A stretch of 64,000 bases of DNA from Chrysomallon squamiferum (Eukaryota > Animalia > Mollusca). Positions 14,632-27,810 of the stretch are shown here, in pieces (the first letter of the stretch is position 1; the number at the start of each line of letters is the position of its first letter). The stretch is from assembly GCA_012295275.1 (NCBI GenBank), contig CM022679.1, positions 9,486,001 to 9,550,000 of the forward strand. Reading direction: 5' to 3'. Position numbers and translations under genes: made by a program. The notes under the pieces were generated by a model that did no database searches, was not told where the DNA came from, and saw only the letters and a list, made by a program, of their open reading frames with translations.

Positions 14632-15745
14632 ATTTAATAAAAAAAATAAAATGTAAAAACAGTAATAAAAAACAAAAAAAAAATAATGATGTAAACTTTT
14701 CAAATTAAATAAAAATAAATAAATAAAGTAAAAACATTTTTCTTACTGCAATAAGCTTGGTCCTCACATGCTTGCCAGGAATTTGACAAATATATTCATA
14801 TGGGGCTAACAGAATCTGAAATGTATAAAACAAAATGCATCTTTCTATTCAGAAATACAGGTAACTTTAAAACCGATTGAAGAATTGGGGTAAAAATTAA
14901 AACTAATAAACATCTGAAGAATAAAATATTTTAAATTTCTTTCATTTACTTCTTGAAATGTTTTAAACAATAATTACACACTTTGTTTATAACTTTTAAT
15001 TAATTAATATTTTACCTAAAATAATAAATTCAAATGAAATTTTTGCCTTTAATTCAGGTAAAAATAAAACAAAAATAAAATAAAAAAAATAAAAACAATA
15101 ACAAATGTCTATATTTACTTAAAATAACAATTACCCCCAAAAAAAAAACCCCAGACATGTGAAAAGTTTGATCTATAATTAAGGAAAAAAATCTAAATGA
15201 TAATACCTACATACATTTCTAAAACAAAAACATGATTTCATTAAAGAATACACCACCCTTTATATAATCAAGAGATCTGAATATGCAACAAAAAATGTTC
15301 ATTGTTTTCCACGAATCAGTTTTCAATTATTTTCAAATTTCAACTTGAATGTCATTTCAAGTCCAATCATTCTGAGCTAATACAACAGTTAGATTATTAT
15401 TTTCAGATTTATTACTGTATATTAGACATGAAGGAAACTTAAATTTATTGCATTAACATCATTATTACCTTTTCACTGTGATTTTCTTTGTCTTTATCCA
15501 TATCACCCATTGCTTCTGTCGACTGCATTCCATTAATCATAACGTGAACAAACTGCCTATAATAAATAAATTACCAAAACATTTTTAATTAACAAAGTGT
15601 TTTGCCAGTTTATTTATGTTTATTTTCAACACAAGAACAAAATACTGAATATAAAGGAATATTCAATTAAAAATATTTTATCAATCATTAATAGTAACAG
15701 TCTTTTGTATATGTCTGTGTGTACATGCATATATATGTGTGTGTA

Positions 15746-15778
<33 letters not shown>

Positions 15779-17413
15779 GTATGTATATACATACATACAT
15801 ACATACTATATGTATATGTATATACATATATATATTTACACACACACACACACACGTCTATATATAACAAAAGTATTAAGAAGAAAAATATTATGAACCA
15901 TACCTGAAGCTGCAACAAGCAATGTTTAATCTAACTAGAAATGTGTTAACTAAATATAGTGTGTGAACAAGGCAGAGTAATTATCATATATGTATTCCAC
16001 CTGTCAAATATTTCATCCTCAGCACGAAAGGATTAATGTTGAATAAATAAATGATTAATACAAAGATTACAAGTTGAATAATTTATTCAAAAATAAGGAG
16101 AATATCAAACAAAAGAATTTAAAAACTGAATCTAATTAATGTCAATTCTTTAGTGTCAGATTGGTTTAATTGTTAATTTATTTATTAGTGAGAACTAATA
16201 TTTATTTTGTTAATGAAATGTTTTTAAATTATCATTCTGTTATTTTTGTTTTCTCTATCAAAGCCTTAATAAAATAAACTTAAAAGTATAATTACTAGTA
16301 AAGTTTTAACTGTAAAAAGTAATTTAATAAAGAAAGAAAAAAAAAGAATAGAAAAAGAAGCATTTCTTTTAAGTTGTACGTATGTTAAATACAATGGTAG
16401 ATTTTTCTGTCAACTAATTTATTACTAATCATATTATGTGTTGTAAAATTTTATTGTTACATTTTTCTTACAATTGCTTTCAAAAGATATTTTGGATGCA
16501 TTAATTACAACTCTAAACACAATCAAATTTTATTTTATGTTAAATCTGTGACTGACAATATTCTAATTTAAACTTTTTATTCAAATATTTCTAAAAAACT
16601 GTCATAAACTTTTTATTTGTTAGGTTTTGTTGATATAAAAATCTTTTTAAATTTTAAAAATTTTACATTCATGCCTTTTTAATTTATAAAAATATATTTT
16701 ATCATTATTAATTATGTAAAACTGTTTTTCCATTTTTCTTCAAGTAATAATAATTAAAATAAAAAAACAAAAAAACCCCACCAAACCCAGAACAGTCAAA
16801 ATTATACAAATAATAAATATTTCACATAAAAGACTAAAGCCTTTTTTTTTTTTTTTTTTTTAAATCTTAATTGTTTAAATATAATATAAATACATCAGTG
16901 ATGGTGATACAGTCATTAAATTAATTACAGATCCTTATTACATACAACTACTGGTACAGAATGACAGTTTAAGAGATAAATATTTTTTCCTTTGTAGTTT
17001 TGCTTTACACCTTCGAAAACAAACAGTTTACAAAATTTCACATCATTAAGGTTGATATCAGATCTTAAAAAACAATAATTTATTTTTTTAAATCTAAAAT
17101 TAAATCTAAACCATATTGGGAACACATTAATTAATTAAAGAACAAGTACAGTTTACATCGAACACTACTCTATCATCTTATTTTTATGAAGATAACAAAA
17201 ACAAATACAGTAAAGCATATAAAAGTATTCTCTTTTTAAATACAGCTAACATATTTCACTGTTGTATTATGAATTTATGTACAGAAAAGTCCAAAATATT
17301 TTGTCGGTCAATCCAAAAATGAGAAGATGATTTTAAAATAAAAATACTAACCTGTATTTAGCACATTCCCAAAAACTCTCATCATAAACCCCAAATTTGT
17401 TGGACATAGACAT
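8996..17413 (-). CDS. GGPS1: Geranylgeranyl pyrophosphate synthase
   Basis: Minus-strand exons (approx.) 17352-17413 (tentative), 15469-15556, 14747-14815, 14357-14442, 14008-14054, 13236-13352, 12530-12631, 11948-12008, 11275-11353, 10725-10827, 9832-9946, 8996-9089 join in frame. They encode [35 protein letters not shown] (first Asp-rich motif), [31 protein letters not shown] (second Asp-rich motif) and [11 protein letters not shown]. Alternative start ATG at 15540. Confidence 0.93.
9222..9632. repeat. Degenerate ~180-200 bp tandem duplication (about 2.2 copies) in the last GGPS1 intron
   Basis: TTAGAAAA(A)TGCTTTTGATA...TTGCTTTAC...GAACG(T/C)AAGT.TTAAC.AGTT recurs at ~9222 and ~9401; a partial third copy starts at ~9601. 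Confidence 0.7.
11329..11555. repeat. 77-bp tandem repeat x3 spanning a GGPS1 intron/exon boundary
   Basis: Units start at 11329, 11406 and 11483 (AACACCAACAAGAGGCTGGAAATCACTGCAATTAAAACATTC...), nearly identical. Confidence 0.95.
14575..14626. repeat. (AAT)n microsatellite
   Basis: Directly visible. Confidence 0.95.
15708..15866. repeat. Compound (TA/TG/TACA/CA)n microsatellite
   Basis: Directly visible. Confidence 0.85.
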
Positions 17414-18252
17414 AATTATTTTAACTACTCAGTCTGTGAGTTTCAACCAAGGTATCATTAGGTATGGTACAAGGTAAGTATTGAACATGAAAAATATGCA
17501 AATGATAATGGTCATGGGACCATATTAACATAAATGTATATTTATCCAGAATTAGAAAATAAATGTGATAAATTTCTTGTATTGTTTATTAGCATCTTAT
17601 TAACCATTAAACAGTGGTCATTATTTTAAAATAGGAGCAGACTGTGATGGGTACAATGAATATATAAATTATTTTCACATTAAATTATTCAACTGGCTGA
17701 CCACCAAAAGTTATGTAATTATCATTTGATAATATGTTAAATTTTTCATGTCCAGGATATATATCCTATAGCTGGATTTTTTTTTGGACACCCCCTGGAA
17801 AAAAAAAAACACCCCGAAGAAACCCAACAACCTGAAAATGTATTCTTTCTTTCTACAATTAAAATATGTATCTGAATCCACATGTCTATATTTTACATTT
17901 CTGATGCCTGATTCAGACTGGTATTGCTTCTTAATCGTATTCATTGTATATTTTGGATGCTTACGAATTTTAATGATATATATATAATATAATATATAGT
18001 TTTTTGGTGGGTTTTTTTAAATGTAATTGATCTGTTGATCTGTCGATGTTGGATAGCTCAGTTTTGGTAATTTTTGTAAGCGAGATTAAAATGGTTGGGC
18101 CCAGAATATTAATGATAATAATATGATCATTAGTAATGATTAAAATATTAAATTACTGATTGAATGATTTAGAAAAAGGAAATGTTCTGTTTTTACTAAA
18201 AATACCATACTGTGCATTGTAATGGTATAATTATTTAATGCTTCAATTTAGT

Positions 18253-18292
<40 letters not shown>

Positions 18293-18341
18293 GTTTAACA
18301 AAAAAGTAAAATAAACATAATAAAATATATTAATAAACTTA

Positions 18342-18868
18342 CCTAAGTAAAATGACAGATTCCTTATTTAAAAAATGTGTAATGTACAGTGCTCATTAGA
18401 AAATTAAAATTCTAGTACATATCCGTGATTCTTTTCCAAATATACACTTTATAACATTACTAATAGTATTAGTAATAGCAAACATCGCAGTCGCTTGAGC
18501 AAAAAATAAATGTCTACTTCCGGAAAGAAAATACAGAAAGATGTTTTCGAAAGACACGAACCCGATCAAGACTCACATTGATACGCAGTGGTGTGTCAAG
18601 CAGTAAATCCTTCTTTAAAATTATACATAGCATACAAGGATTACAAAGCAAAGGAATATACATAATTCATAACAAGATCAGCAAACAAATCTTTTTTTTC
18701 TCATGTTTTCAGCTCGACTAAGTAGAATAAAATTTAGTTGGTGCCCGCGATGTATGGTGGAGGAAAAAACAGTTACATAATTTGTGCGGAAACCGAAAAT
18801 AGGTTGCATTGACTCGGGACCGCTCAGTAGTTAACTGGGGTTAATTCCACAGATATACTTTCATATAG
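18342..18868. promoter_or_regulatory. Putative bidirectional promoter shared by GGPS1 (-) and FBXL15 (+), with ETS/GABP-type motif ACTTCCGGAA at 18516-18525
   Basis: Locally CpG-containing segment between divergent genes; minus-strand donor CTTAG|GTAAGT at ~18341 and plus-strand donor ATAG|GTATAC at ~18869 suggest non-coding first exons. TSS positions are inferred. Confidence 0.55.
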
Positions 18869-19336
18869 GTATACTGAGAGTATTCACGATTGCTCTAAAT
18901 ATGTAGCATATAAATTTAAACTCTGTCTTCAAGTCTTATTTTTAATAAATGATTTTTCTCCGATTCTTCATACTAGTCCTTAGTTACTTGATTAACAACA
19001 CATTAAATTTTATTACTTTATTAATATTAGTTCTAGACCAATAATTTAATTATTGTACAGTGTAATGAATAGACTATAAAAACTAGATTTGAAAAATCGG
19101 ATTTAATTATTTTTAAATACTAACAATTTCACCATTAATTGTTATTAAAATTAATAATCAGAGATGAAAATAATCCTGATTAATTTTATTTTACATCCTA
19201 ATTGGCAGCACATCACAGAAACTTTTTATCATTCACTGCAGTATGTAAAATCTCTATTTATATTTCTGTTCTTTTAACCTTTAGGTGACTTTATATGAAT
19301 AAAAACAAACAATGAAAGATTTGAAATGATACTCAC

Positions 19337-19500
19337 ATGGAGAGTACAACTACAAGGTAATTTATTTGATAGTATTATATCTTAATAGCTTAGAATAACT
19401 ATAACTGTGTATATAAAAATATTTATATATTTTCACATTGCTTTTATTTATTTATTTATTTATTTATTTATTATTATTAGGATATTGAAAAATATTTTTG

Positions 19501-19537
<37 letters not shown>

Positions 19538-21754
19538 TTATCAAATTTATTATAGCTGGTCAGAATTAAAGTTTATAATGTTTTATTAACACCTTCAGTG
19601 TAGGGCGTTTTGGGGAAGTATGCAAATTGAAACAAGTTTCTGCTCGTACTTGCCATGATTTTCTGGGGAAGGCTGTAGTAGATCAATAATTGCCTACATC
19701 ATCACTGGAAGTCACATCACTAATGTGCGGTAATTTTAAAAGAATGACGAAGATCACCGTCATTCAGCACCCTATCATATACGTACTGCATTGTGGAGAT
19801 CAGCACCAAAGGTGTTAATAAAATACTTAAGTAATGCAGAACAAAAATGCATGAACAAGCACACTAAAACCCCCCTCAAAACCCCCCAAAAAACCACTTT
19901 ACATTACACAATTAATAAATATTTTAAATTTTAAATTTTTTTTTTTTTTTTTACAGCACTGGAGATGGGGCAGAAGAGGTAAGCTATCTGTCCCTGCCAT
20001 GGGAACATGTCATCTACCGATACATCATGCCATGTTTTTCCCTCAAAGAGATATTCCAGCAGAGATACGTCAGCAAACGATTCAAGGAACTTGTCGACAG
20101 ATACTTCGAGCTTACGTTTGTCATCGACGTCAGTCGAGTGCCGGGCCGGATGACGTCGCTTGCGTTTTCCATCATGGTCGCCAACAACCGGTGTCTGCGG
20201 TATCTGACACTGAGGAACGCCAAGGACTGGCTCTCTGACGAGCTTCTGATTTCAGTGCTGTCGAACAATCCCCATCTCCAGAAGCTGGATCTCACCAACT
20301 GTTCCAGTCTCACGAAAGCTAGTCTGACGGCTGTGGCAGAGCACTGTAAAGAGCTGCGTGTGTTGATTCTCAGAGACTGTCACTGGGTGAGTGCTGAAAG
20401 TATTTCTCTGGTGACGCTCAGTCTCAGTAACTTAGAACATTTGGACTTGACAGGGTGCTGGGATCTGCATGACACTGCTGTTAGTTCTTTGGTTGTGAAG
20501 TGTAACAAGTAGGACATCTTTTGTTATATATTTGCAAATAGCTGGCATAATCTTTAATGTAAATAATAATTTTTGAAATTTAAAAAAATATATATATCTA
20601 AAATAAAATAAAATAAATAATCATTTATTAATTAATACTAATTTTTATCCAGATGAAGTCATTTTTCTGTTTTAAGTTTTTAATTGTTACCTGTAAATTC
20701 TTTTAATGACATCTTTAATTACGTTATTCAGCAAGATCATTTTATTACAGTTACAGCACTTACACTTATTAGGATCTAGATATAGTAAGCAGTTTCTGAA
20801 TGTAATGAAAATTTGTAAAAAAAAATTAAAACAAAAATTTATATCTGAGTTTGCAAAATGTAACAAGATTTGTGCTGAATCGCCAATTTTTTTAAAGCTA
20901 TATTTATCAAAAAATTAAAATTCGGTAATTAATTTTTTAATTTCTCTGTGATGCAAACATTGTTTATTTGTGTTATTTTAAAAGTTCAGAAATAAAATTT
21001 CAGACTGAAGTACCTGTCCCTGTCAAAGATCTATAGTCTCACAGACAATGCTATCAATGTAGTAGCTCGCTACTGTCGACAGCTCCGTCATCTAAACATC
21101 CAGGGTTGCTGGCGAGTCACAAACGATTCCATCAGGTACATTTTACAAATGAATGAATGTTTATTAAAAGTTTGATATCAAAATAATCAACGTAATAATA
21201 ATTTGATGTGCATTTCCAGTAACACCATGCAGGAAAAAGTTTTTTTAATTAAGTTAAATATATGTTTAAAAACCAGGACAGTAAAAGGTTTATTGGAATA
21301 GTGTGATATAACAAAAATATTTATTAAGACAAAACCAAGAGATTTTATAAATATAATGACTTATTTAAACCCTGTCAAAAAATATTGCACTGTACGTTTG
21401 AAATAACCATTCAATCATTTAAGAATTGCTGAAGCTTTGCACGTAAGCAGAAATAATTTTTCACCTTTTGTAGTCATACCTAAAACAAATTCTGATTATA
21501 TATTTTTTATGTTTCAGGCAATAAATATGGTAATGTAATATATAATACTGGATAATATTTTTATGTCAATTTGTAGGAGAGTTGGTAATTACTGCCAGCA
21601 TCTTGAAACACTACAGGTCAAAGACTGTCGAGATATAACTGAATTAAGCCTGGCACCTCTTCGAGCTCGTGGAGTGAAAATAGACTGTCGTCCTCCACCT
21701 GGAGCACAACTCTGTCTTACCTACTTTCCTCAGAATCTTAATCTACAAATCTAA
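19337..21754 (+). CDS. FBXL15: F-box/LRR-repeat protein 15, copy 1 (intact, 293 aa)
   Basis: Exons 19337-19356, 19957-20508, 21004-21135, 21577-21754 (882 nt, open). F-box LSLPWEHVIYRYIMPCFSLKEIFQQRYVSKRFKELV, then Cys-containing LRRs (LQKLDLTNCSSLT, LRVLILRDCHWVS, LEHLDLTGCWDLHD, LRHLNIQGCWRVTN); C-terminus LRARGVKID...LNLQI matches FBXL15 as I recall it (LRKRGVDID...VNLQV). Confidence 0.9.
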
Positions 21755-22830
21755 TAATGTAGATCAAAATTTACATCACAATTTGTTTGCTATGGGGAAA
21801 GAAAAAGCCAAAAAAAAAAAAAAAAAAACACCGAAATTAATGAAAATATACATCTGTGCTAGATTTATTTTTTGAGTTTAAAGAAGCACAGCTAAATATC
21901 TTTTCTGATTGGATAATTTTTATTGAAAAGTAAATATTAATGGACACTAATTGAAAAAAGCTGTAAGTAATATAGTAAGTTTATAATTATAGAATTAGTA
22001 TAAACCAGTGTTGTTCATATTATTACGTATCAGAACATAGCTCCAGTGGGATTCATTTTGATTGTTGAGGTGTATCTTTGGTGGTATGAACAGATAACTT
22101 GAGTACATTTTATAACTGCTCCCTGCTTTTACTTTATATAAGAATCAATTTTACTAACAGTAGGTATAATCAAATAAAGACAATAAACTCAAGGTGCAAG
22201 ATAACATTTTGTATTTTATTATGTTATTTTATACATCAAAATACAGAATGACACACCGAGGATCTAACAACTTGGCAGTGATTTAATCTTGTAAGGATTA
22301 CATTTTTATCACATTTGCTTGTAAGAAATCTTGAGAGAAAAAAATTAGAAATGATCAGCCTTTACACACCTTCACAGGTATGTTATTTTGCTGTTTTGCC
22401 TATTTGAAAACAGATTATCAGATCAAAAACAAAACAAAAAACCCAATGTCTTGAAAGTACGCAAAATATTGATAAGCCATTTGTGTGTCCCATCAGAAAC
22501 AAATATCTAAAATGAATGTTTGTGTACATTTGTTATTGCATCACTATAACTTGTTTTATTATCTTCCTTCAGATAAATATTATCACATTTTTTTTTTACC
22601 ATCTTGTTATTAATAATAGGAATTATGTTAGTTGTTAGTATCAACATACTAATAAAAAAATCTCTGTTAATTTGTATTTCTTGTTCAAACTTTCATATAC
22701 TTTGTGTTACAATTTTCAGTGTTGCAAAAACACTTTTTAAACAAAATGCAAGCAGTCACATCATTTTGCATCCACCAAATTTTATTTATTTAAAATTTAC
22801 ATATCAAAGCAGTTGAATTAAAATTTTAAT

Positions 22831-25800
22831 TTATAATGTTTTTGATATAACTGCAAAGGAAGGCAGATCATCATCAGTATCGCTACTGTCTGGTGCTATA
22901 GGTTGTAACATTTCACTAAATTTCTGTCTTTTTAGTGCTGTTTTGTGTTTTATCTGAGGCAGTTTTTCCTTCTGTCTCACTTTATCTTTTGATGGACTGG
23001 CCAGTTTGGTTTCTTCATCTCCATGAGCAGATGTCTGAGATTCATCATCTGGAAAACAATTAAAATTTTAAGCAAAATTTACATCCAGTCTCATATAAAC
23101 CAAAACAGCTGTATCTCAACAAGAAGTATGTTCTTTTTCATGTGAGAAGAAAGTATAAAATCAAATCTATCAAAACCCATTCTAAAAAATATTTGCAGTT
23201 TACTCCCACCAATAACTATAAATATCATAGGTTACTTCCCTTTGTTTCTATATTAAAATGTGAAAATATTGCATAAAACCTAATTGAACATAGGCATTTA
23301 GATTATTATCAGTTTTGTATTACTTTTCATATGATATTCCTAGGATAACAGAAAGGTATAACAGTGAAAAATCTTTTGCTGTCAGTGATGAAATACTATT
23401 TGTATTATTGTTTTGCCTACATTTTGTCTTAAATATTTATTAAACTGGTGAATTACATGATATTCTAAAAAGATTTTCTTATAAGGACAAATTATAACCT
23501 GATAAAGACATTGGTGGACTTTCATTTTCTTTTGTAGTTTTTCTTTTTCTTTTTCCTGTCTGTTTTTTTTTCTTGGTTATGCTTCTTCCACTTGCAGATT
23601 CCTGACTTGAAATGTGTTCTTTGATGATGTCTCTGAGTTTCTTTTCCACTCTATCACTTCTCTGAATTCCATCAGGCAATTCTGTTTCAAAAAAAATTAA
23701 TAATAATAATTTTCAAAAAAAGATTAAAAATGAATTGAGTGTAAGATGTGCATATAAAGTGTAAGATATAATACAAAAAAATATGTATGAATAAAAGAAG
23801 CTTCAGTGTTATTGAAGTGACTTCTGAATTACTACCTATTCCTTGTCACAGATCAGATCACAGAGAAAAGATCCCTATTTAATACCACAAGTCATTTTTA
23901 TCTGCAGTGTGAATTTACGGATACAATAATAATTAAACTATTTACTTTTTAGAAATGTTTTTACTATTAGATGATGTAAATTTGTGTTAATATACAATTT
24001 TAGTTTTGTTTGATGATGAAGATAATTTTTGAGATGACCTGCCTTAAGAATAACAAAATCCCAACAAAAACCAGTATGGAATTTTTAGAGTTATCAGTCT
24101 TTTATAATGTAATCTGATATGCACCAGCATTTTATTCCATTTTTGTATGTTGTTATTCCCTTTATCATTATTAAGTTAACTGTGGTAGAAAATACAGTAC
24201 TTTGTAATCTTAAAAATTAAATTTGTAGAGTTTTTATTAAGTGACCGACTATTGGTCAATTGAACATATTAGAGAAAGGGATCATCAATAATGGAATATG
24301 CTTCACATTACAGCAATCTAGTTGATAAAACTGACTACATACCTTCACAGTGTTGTAGCATTTGTGACCAGAGGTTATTTTTAGACAGATTTTTCAGATT
24401 ACCAACTACAAGAAGATGATGTCTTGCTCTGGTTAAGGCTACATTCATTCTCCTGAAATATATTGAAACATTTTCAAATTTAATATTGATTGATATACAG
24501 TCCAAAGATAATTTAAATTAGTTATAAATAAAACAACAACATTCAAATAGAACTGAAACCACCCCAAAAAAAAAAAACACAAAAAATAAAAACAACCACA
24601 AATTGATCATCAAATATACCAAAATCAACCATTAAATGAAGACAATTTGTGTTTTTTAACATTTCACGATATTTTTATATTGACGGTATTTAGTTCTCAT
24701 TTATAATGCATTGCAAAGTAATACGATATAAACATCCAAAACTATCTGTAAAATAAATAGTCAAGGAAAAAAAGCTAAGAACCCACACACTGAGTTTTAT
24801 TCTGTGGGGATGCAGACCAATTCCAAGATAAACAAACTCTAGACTACTTGAATATTTCATCATTTCAAACTGATCAGATGATAAATTTTGCTAGGTAAAA
24901 CCTCACTTGTTGCAATCAATGAAGCCGAGACTGTTGGATCGAACACATGACAAAATGATCACATCTCTTTCTCCTCCTTGAAAAGCATCCACTGTGGAGA
25001 CCTGAATTCCTTTCACTGCTTTGTGGCTTGCAGACCTGGTATTAAAACAAGGGATCTTGGAATTAAAAATTCTTCAAAACATTAAATTTTAAAAAACAAA
25101 AATATCATGAATTATACTCTGGAAATGGCATGAATTCAAATTTCATAATTTAAATGACAAATTTAATATACGAATAAAAAAAATAGTGGTGTGCTTAATT
25201 TAATACTGGTATTTTTATTTCCTTTTGTAATGTACTGCCAATTTTTTTTATTAATGTTTAAATTCAAACTTCAGTTAATCATCATAATAACATCTTGCAG
25301 CAATATGAAAGTACACAAATACAACAGTTATAATTGAAAAATGTTCTATACATCTGTGGAATTTTTATTAGAAAAATGATTTTAGAAAATACAGAAACAA
25401 TGATGCATAATTTATCACTGTTTATTATTCAGTGAAACTCAAATAAATTTATGAGCACTGTGACATAGATAATATAAATTATTATGCAAAATACTAGTTT
25501 TAACTTCAAATTAGTTATTAACATTAATTACTTTGTGTAATTTGTGCTGTGTGCATTCAACTGGTAAAAATAATTTATTAGAAAATGATACTTTTGATGC
25601 TATCTGTAAAATTTCGAGCAAAATCGACCACAAATCTGTCTCCCATTAATCAAAGAGTTCCCACTCATACCTCCATGATGCTAATTTCCGTTTAATGTCT
25701 AAAGCATTACCTGCTGCTGTAAAGCAGAGCATTGATCTTGAACACCTGAGCTTTGTAAAGTGTGATGACCCCTATCACAGATGGATCCACCCCTTCTGCA

Positions 25801-26787
25801 ATCAGTGTGTCAATGACGAGGACAACAAACTGAGCTTCAGAGTCATTGTAGTAACTGCCAGATCCCTCATCGCATTCCTTACCACAGCTAACATCATAGA
25901 AACACAGGGTGGGGAACGTTTGCTGAAATCGGTATTTGTTTTTAAAGCTAAGTTATTATTAATATAGTCACTAATTACTGATGTTATGTAGTTTTAATAA
26001 AATTTAAGTAATATATATGGTACATTGTTTTGAAATATACTAAATATATTGCAAAATATAAATATAATATTTTCTTCTTAACAGAGGAGCTAATTAAATT
26101 TTATTATCAATGAGAAAAATTCTAAATGAACGTTTGTTTATAGTTATTTACTAAATTCTATAAAAAATAAAGACAGTTAATAATCTTATAAATGTAACAC
26201 TTTACACTTGAGTAAATAACTAGTAAAACCAAACAGGAAAAAGAGTTTTCATTTTAAAAAGTTATATATATCGGTGCTCTGTGACTTTGCTAACACTATC
26301 GTCTTTTCAAAGAAACTTACAGAAAGAGGTTGACGATCTTGTTCAGTGATTCCATCTTTAAGCTGACTGTTGTAAAACAGGTGATTTGATATAGCACTTA
26401 ACAGTGGATGACATCTGTACTGGGTACGAAGTATCACAGGAGGATAGCCCTGAAATATAAATAAAATTAAAAAATAATTAAAATTATATATTTTCGTAAT
26501 GCACATTCAGAATCTAATTACAAATATTTTATGAATCTTTTTAATATATCTGTAAATAAACATCTTGAATCTAATTACTCAAATTAGTGTAAATAATAAA
26601 AAATAAAAGTAAGAGAAGAAAATAAATAGTCAGACATGAAAATATGTGTCGTCAGTGTTAATATTTTGTTTGTAAATGAAGCATTACTTAATGTTATACT
26701 GACCATCTTCATCAGTCTGTCGAACATTGTCTGTTCCAAGCCTTGATTGTGAGCTGCCTCAGATCCCTGGATTGTTGGATCCAGTTG
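22831..26787 (-). pseudogene. ZGRF1: Orphan copy of the last seven ZGRF1 exons (helicase RecA2 domain + tail), unit 1
   Basis: Exons ~26704-26787, 26321-26449, 25711-25922, 24907-25035, 24342-24451, 23499-23681, 22831-23048 encode LRTQYRCHP, IGVITLYKAQ, STVDAFQGGE, RMNVALTRAR. No 5' exons; 12-nt in-frame deletion in the terminal exon; I saw no stops or frameshifts. Confidence 0.8.
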
Positions 26788-27810
26788 CTAAGAAACAAAA
26801 ATCAGGTATAAGTAACAATAGGTTTAAGTAATACCCAAAATCGACAAAAATCAGTTCAACATTGGTAAATTTCCTAATTATTAATTATTCCTAAAAGATA
26901 AATAAATTTACTCTTTCAATGTCAGCATTAAGAATAAATATTTTTATATCTACCATTGTATTAAAATTTTTATAATTCTGTTAAATGTTGTTTTATCAAT
27001 AATGCTTAGTACACAGTGTTAAAAGATGTTTTCGAAAGATACGAACCCGATCAAGACTCACATTGATACGCAGTGGTGTGTCAAGCAGTAAATCCTTCTT
27101 TAAAATCAGACATAGCATACAAGGATTACAAAGCAAAGGAATATACATAATTCATAACAAGATCAGCAAACAAATCTTTTTTTTTCATTTTTTCAGCTCG
27201 ACTAAGTAGAATAAAATTTAGTTGGTGCCCGCGATGTATCGTGGAGGAAAACAGTTACATAATTTGTGCGGAAACCGAAACTAGGTTGCATTGACGGGAC
27301 CGCTCAGTTAACTGGGGTTAATTCCACAGATATACTTTCATATAGGTATACTGAGAGTATTCATTATTGCTCTAAATATGTAGCATATAAAAATAAACTC
27401 TGTCTTCAAGTCTTATTTTTAATAAATGATTTTTCTCCGATTCTTCCAAACTAGTCCTTAGTTACTTGATTAACAACACATTACATTTTATTACTTTATT
27501 AATATTAGTTCTAGACCAATCATTTAATTATTGTACAGTGTAATGAATAGACTATAAAAACTAGATTTGAAAAATCGGATTTAATTATTTTTAAATACTA
27601 ACAATTTCACCATTAATTGTTATTAAAATTAATAATCAGAGATGAAAATAATCCTGATTAATTTTATTTTACTTCCTAGTTGGCAGCACATCACAGAAAC
27701 TTTTTATCATTCACTGCAGTATGTAAAATCTCTATTTATATTTCTGTTCTTATAACCTTTAGGTGACTTTATATGAATAAAAACAAAGAAAAATTTGAAA
27801 TTATAATCAC

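Larger units (their letters stand above)
18537..27021. repeat. Tandem segmental duplication unit 1 (~8.5 kb)
   Basis: Begins AAAGATGTTTTCGAAAGA(C/T)ACGAACCCGATCAAG, ends TGCTTAGTACACAGTGTTA; collinear with units 2 and 3. Confidence 0.95.

Noticed and set aside
15597-15918. Overlapping Tyr/Ile/Val/Cys-rich ORFs
   Set aside because: Dinucleotide microsatellite translations.
19999-20313. Alternative-frame and antisense ORFs over the FBXL15 exon (also 28460-28805 and 36795-37064)
   Set aside because: Shadow ORFs of a GC-richer coding exon; they recur only because of the segmental duplication.
25695-25967. Conserved 90-aa plus-strand ORF present three times (also 33965 and 42359)
   Set aside because: Antisense shadow of a ZGRF1 helicase exon (FPTLCFYDV...IGVITLYKAQ).
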